The notes beneath the pieces were generated by a model that worked only from the letters and a program-made list of their open reading frames with translations, made no database searches and was not told the origin of the DNA. Below are positions 60,389-64,000 of a DNA stretch of 64,000 nucleotides, in pieces. The stretch is from contig CAVPLM010000003.1 in the NCBI GenBank assembly GCA_963706025.1, positions 512,001 through 576,000 of the forward strand, read 5' to 3'. The translations under genes and the position numbers were made by a program. Numbering within the stretch: position 1 is the stretch's first letter; each line of letters starts with the position of its first letter. The stretch is from an uncultured Actinomycetes bacterium. Its GTDB lineage: Bacteria; Actinomycetota; Thermoleophilia; RBG-16-64-13.

Positions 60389-61753
60389 ATGAGTGACGAG
60401 CTGCAGCAAAAGAAGAACCACGAGCTATCTGAGCTAATGAAACGGATGACGGACAGCCAGATGACCCGGCGTCAGTTCATGGTGCGGGCGGCGGCGCTGG
60501 GCTTCGGCATGACGACCATCGGAGCAGCGTTGGCCGCCTGCGGCAGCGAGGAGACCACGACCACCACCATGGCAGCGACCACCACCACGGCAGCTGGCGC
60601 CACAACGACGGCCGGAGCCGCGACCACCACGACTGCCGGAGCAACAGCGACGACTGCGAGTATCGAGGGTGTCACCCTCAACGTAATGGCGCAAGGGGTG
60701 ATGCTCGCGGACAACATCGTCCAGAAGGCCCAAGAAGACACAGGCTTGATTCTGAACTGCACGGCCACCACTGAGCCGGACATGATGACCAGAATGCTCA
60801 CCGGCGGCGCCAGCCAGTACGACGTCGTTCAAGGCGCGACCTGCTACTTGGAGCCTATGTGGAACGCTGGGGTCCTGCAGCCTATTCCGTTGGAAAAGGT
60901 CCCCAACTGCAAGAACCTTCGCCCGCAGTTCACCGATCCCAGTGCCATCGGCGTGGGCGAGGACAGGTACCCAATCATGGTTTCCTGGCTTGACCCCAAC
61001 CCGGATGAGCAAACCACATTCAAAATGGTTCCGGCACTCTGGAACATGGAGGGCTGGGGCTACCTGTCAGACAAGTGCCCAGAGCTCAATAAGAGCTCGG
61101 ACCTTCCGTACAGCACCATGTGGGATCCCAAGTATAAGGGGCACGTGGGCATCTGGAACGACAGCGTTTGGGCGCCCGGCTGGACGGCCATGGCCATGGC
61201 GGCGAAGGGCATGCTGACACTATCTGGCAGCCCGTCGAAGCTGACAACGGAGGAGATCGACAAGGTAATGGCGCACCTGACCTCTCTCCGTCAGGCCGGT
61301 CAGTATCGAACCTACTGGAGCGACTACGGCGAGATCGTCAACCTGATGTCCAGCGGGGAGGTCTGGTGTGCCGACTGCTGGAACCCGATCGCTTCGGCCG
61401 TCAACCAGGTGACGCCTTGTACATTCGTCAACCCCACCGAGGGCGCGCGCGGGTGGATGCACGGTATGGTCGTCTCGAAGGAATGCAAGAACACTGACGC
61501 GGCCTTCGCCTACATCGACTGGTGCCAGAATGGTTGGCGTATGGCGCAGATTGCGCCAATGGGCCTCTATGAAACCACGAACGGCAACGTCAAGGAGTAT
61601 ATGAAGCCCGAAGACTACGCGTTCTGGTATGAGGGCACCGGCCGCGACGTCGGTTCGATGGAGCATCGGCTGCCCATGATCAACGCCTGGGTTGAGTACC
61701 CTGCCAATCCCGAGTATCAGCTCAGCAAGTGGCTGAACTTCCTGGCCTCGTAG
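60389..61753 (+). CDS. ABC substrate-binding lipoprotein (PotD-like), Tat-exported
   Basis: TRRQFMV twin-arginine motif, LAAC lipobox, Thr-rich linker, and WDPKYKG / PTEGARGW motifs. Confidence 0.9.
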   Translation: MSDELQQKKNHELSELMKRMTDSQMTRRQFMVRAAALGFGMTTIGAALAACGSEETTTTTMAATTTTAAGATTTAGAATTTTAGATATTASIEGVTLNVMAQGVMLADNIVQKAQEDTGLILNCTATTEPDMMTRMLTGGASQYDVVQGATCYLEPMWNAGVLQPIPLEKVPNCKNLRPQFTDPSAIGVGEDRYPIMVSWLDPNPDEQTTFKMVPALWNMEGWGYLSDKCPELNKSSDLPYSTMWDPKYKGHVGIWNDSVWAPGWTAMAMAAKGMLTLSGSPSKLTTEEIDKVMAHLTSLRQAGQYRTYWSDYGEIVNLMSSGEVWCADCWNPIASAVNQVTPCTFVNPTEGARGWMHGMVVSKECKNTDAAFAYIDWCQNGWRMAQIAPMGLYETTNGNVKEYMKPEDYAFWYEGTGRDVGSMEHRLPMINAWVEYPANPEYQLSKWLNFLAS

Positions 61754-61765
61754 TCCCCCCTTTGT

Positions 61766-61806
61766 CGGAGTCGGTCGGTTCTCTTTCTGTCAACCGACCG
61801 ACTCCG
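61766..61806 (+). terminator. 15-bp perfect stem-loop after the substrate-binding protein gene
   Basis: CGGAGTCGGTCGGTT / AACCGACCGACTCCG; typical intra-operon stabiliser or attenuator. Confidence 0.7.
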
Positions 61807-61877
61807 GCCCAAAGCGGCGCCGATACGGTCGTGGGGACCGGATGGCGCGGTTCTTGGAGGTCGGCACTAAGGAGGTG

Positions 61878-62819
61878 ATGATGCAGGAAACGACGAAGGC
61901 ACGTCAGTCGGCCCGAAAAGGGCGCCAGTCCAGTCTGAGCGACACGATTCTTGATGCAATCCGGCGGCGGCCCGGTCTGGGCCAGTTCCTCCTGCTTTTC
62001 CCGGCCGTGTTCTACATGGGCTTTTTCATGGTGATTTCGGTTGGTGGATTGCTCGTCTTCAGTTTCATGAAGAACGACCCAACTACTATGACCATGAAAC
62101 CCCTTTGGAACGTCGAGAATTGGCGACAGTTCTTCACCCAGATCACCAACCTCTCGACCCTGCTCTTCACAGTCAGGGAGACCGTGATCGTCCTAGTCAT
62201 CTGCTTGCTTGTCGCCTATCCGATTGCCTACTTCACGGCTCGAATGGTAAAGGACTCGCGAATACAAATCGCCATTCTGCTTCTGTCCATTATTCCCTTC
62301 TGGACCAGTTACACCGTCAGAATGGTTGCCTGGCTCCCGATACTCGGGGAAACCGGACTTGTCAATAGCGCTCTCATGGGGCTTGGAATTCTGAAAACGC
62401 CTTCTCAGATGTTCATGTACACCGAGGGTGCGCAGGTCTACGTGATGGTATTGACCTATGCCCTCTTCTGCATCGGGCCCATATACTTCTCAATATCGCA
62501 AGTCAGCCAAGATCTGCTCGACGCCGCAGCCGACCTTGGGGCCAATGGGTGGCGGACCTTCGTCCGCGTGATTCTGCCGCTGTCGGTCCCGGGAATTGTT
62601 ATCGGATCGATCTTCGTGTCCGCGCTGGTCATGGGCGAGTTCGCTACCGCGAGGGTAATAGGGGGCACGCAGAACCCCCTCCTCGGTAACAATCTTGTCG
62701 CCCAAGCTTCGCTGCTGCAGTTTCCTCAGGCGTCGGTAACGTCGGCGGTGCTTGTCGTGACATCCTTGGCCTTCGTGTTTATCTTGACTCGCTTTGTGAA
62801 GATTCGAGCCCAGCTCTAG
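61878..62819 (+). CDS. ABC permease (PotB-like)
   Basis: AYPIAY, IPFWTSYTVR and EAA-loop DAAADLGA..TFVRVILPLS. Confidence 0.92.
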   Translation: MMQETTKARQSARKGRQSSLSDTILDAIRRRPGLGQFLLLFPAVFYMGFFMVISVGGLLVFSFMKNDPTTMTMKPLWNVENWRQFFTQITNLSTLLFTVRETVIVLVICLLVAYPIAYFTARMVKDSRIQIAILLLSIIPFWTSYTVRMVAWLPILGETGLVNSALMGLGILKTPSQMFMYTEGAQVYVMVLTYALFCIGPIYFSISQVSQDLLDAAADLGANGWRTFVRVILPLSVPGIVIGSIFVSALVMGEFATARVIGGTQNPLLGNNLVAQASLLQFPQASVTSAVLVVTSLAFVFILTRFVKIRAQL

Positions 62820-62965
62820 TGGGGGGTCTGTGATAACCGACAGCGATTTGCCCGGCCGTAGCGTCACCACAACGTGCGGGGGCATCCCTGCTAGGTGCCC
62901 TGTTCTCCGATAGTCGACGCAACCACAGTGCAAACCGCCCTAAGGAAGTTCTTCGGAGGGGCAGC

Positions 62966-63817
62966 ATGGCTAGAGTAGTCAAATGGGCATTGGGGATCTT
63001 CACCGGTGTGTTTATCGGGATGATGTATCTACCCTTTATTTCGATGTTTGTCCTATCCTTTCAGGACCCAATGGGTGGATCGACCTTCCCCATGAAAGGG
63101 TTCAGCCTATATTTCTACGAACGGCTTTTCGGCCTGACCGATTTGCGAGTGACATACGCTGAGGAGGGAACACTGAACATCGGCTTCACCGCTCCGCTCC
63201 TGCGTTCGTTAGCGCTGGCGATCATGACCCTCTGTATCACCGTGGTCTTGGCAACCCTGGCCGCGCAGGGCTTCAGGAAGCCTTTCAAGGGATCGGGGGT
63301 CGTTTTCTACACGTTCCTCCTGGGAATCATTACCCCAGGCGTGAGCGTAGGACTCGGTCTGGCGCTGTTCTCCCAGTATCTGGGTATTGACAGATCTTGG
63401 TGGGGCACCACCCTCGTTGTCCACATTCTGTGGACGCTCCCGTTCGCTTTCCTGATCATGCTGATCATGTTCAACCGGTTCGACGAAACGGTTGAGGAAG
63501 CAGCCCGGGTTCTGGGGGCCAACGAGTGGTCCACGTTCCGGACGGTCACTTTGCCCTTGATGGGGCCGGGGATCATGAGCGCGGCCCTTTTCTCGTTCAC
63601 CCTGTCTTTCGACGAACTGGCGCGCAGTATGTTCCTTACGGGAGTTGACCAGACCTTGCCTTTGACAACGTTGCAGGCCTTGTCGCTCCGGATTACGCCA
63701 AAGCTCTACGCGTGGGGTTCGGTTATCACGCTGATTTCACTGGCCATTCTCGCGGTTTATCTGATCTACATCGCACGATCGTTGCGCAGGGAGCGGAAAG
63801 GACCTGCGCCTGGGTAG
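62966..63817 (+). CDS. ABC permease (PotC-like)
   Basis: EEAARVLGA..TFRTVTLP and FTLSFDE. Confidence 0.92.
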   Translation: MARVVKWALGIFTGVFIGMMYLPFISMFVLSFQDPMGGSTFPMKGFSLYFYERLFGLTDLRVTYAEEGTLNIGFTAPLLRSLALAIMTLCITVVLATLAAQGFRKPFKGSGVVFYTFLLGIITPGVSVGLGLALFSQYLGIDRSWWGTTLVVHILWTLPFAFLIMLIMFNRFDETVEEAARVLGANEWSTFRTVTLPLMGPGIMSAALFSFTLSFDELARSMFLTGVDQTLPLTTLQALSLRITPKLYAWGSVITLISLAILAVYLIYIARSLRRERKGPAPG

Positions 63818-63875
63818 ACGGCCCTGAGGCCGTGCCAGTCGCCGGGTGCTTGAGACTCTGAATTCAGAGAGAGGG

Positions 63876-64000
63876 GTGGAGACAACGAAAGCCGTGGATA
63901 GCAGGTTTCAGAAGCTATTTGAACCCATCAATCTCGGGCCCGTTCGACTGAAGAACCGGATCGTTATGCCCGCGATGTTCACCAAGTATGCCACTGCCTT
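63876..64000 (+). CDS. 5' end (partial) of an NADH:flavin oxidoreductase (OYE family)
   Basis: ..DSRFQKLFEPINLGPVRLKNRIVMPAM; truncated by the window edge. Confidence 0.8.
   Translation, partial: METTKAVDSRFQKLFEPINLGPVRLKNRIVMPAMFTKYATA

Overview
High-GC bacterial chromosome segment, most consistent with an anaerobic Actinomycetota (Thermoleophilia-like) organism. This is inferred from leaderless promoters, Thr-rich exported proteins and the tmk-holB-PSP1 gene order. From left to right the window holds: two convergent pyrogallol-transhydroxylase-like molybdoenzyme/Fe-S subunit pairs with an OYE-family flavoenzyme and an orphaned HigA-like antitoxin; a DUF5674 gene pair plus tag; ackA-xfp-RidA and two nitrilase-family genes; dehydrogenases; a decayed defence-like cassette (NYN/PIN RNase gene, deleted DNA methyltransferase-Mrr fusion, relic of a second MTase allele, and a divergently transcribed ~65-nt candidate sRNA with its own promoter and terminator); tauE; a FadR-HAD fusion; tatC; an 11-subunit nuo operon lacking nuoEFG; surface proteins; archaeal-type topA, tmk, holB, PSP1; and tRNA-Thr(CGT). 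Beyond the tRNA lies an island-like catabolic block: archaeal-type pgk and gap, an acetoin/pyruvate-dehydrogenase-like complex, and an IclR gene bracketed by a ~105-bp inverted duplicated promoter/leader, followed by a Pot-like ABC transporter. About 18 apparent single-base frameshifts in otherwise intact genes most likely reflect long-read indel errors. All family assignments are from motif recognition and memory; no database searches were run.
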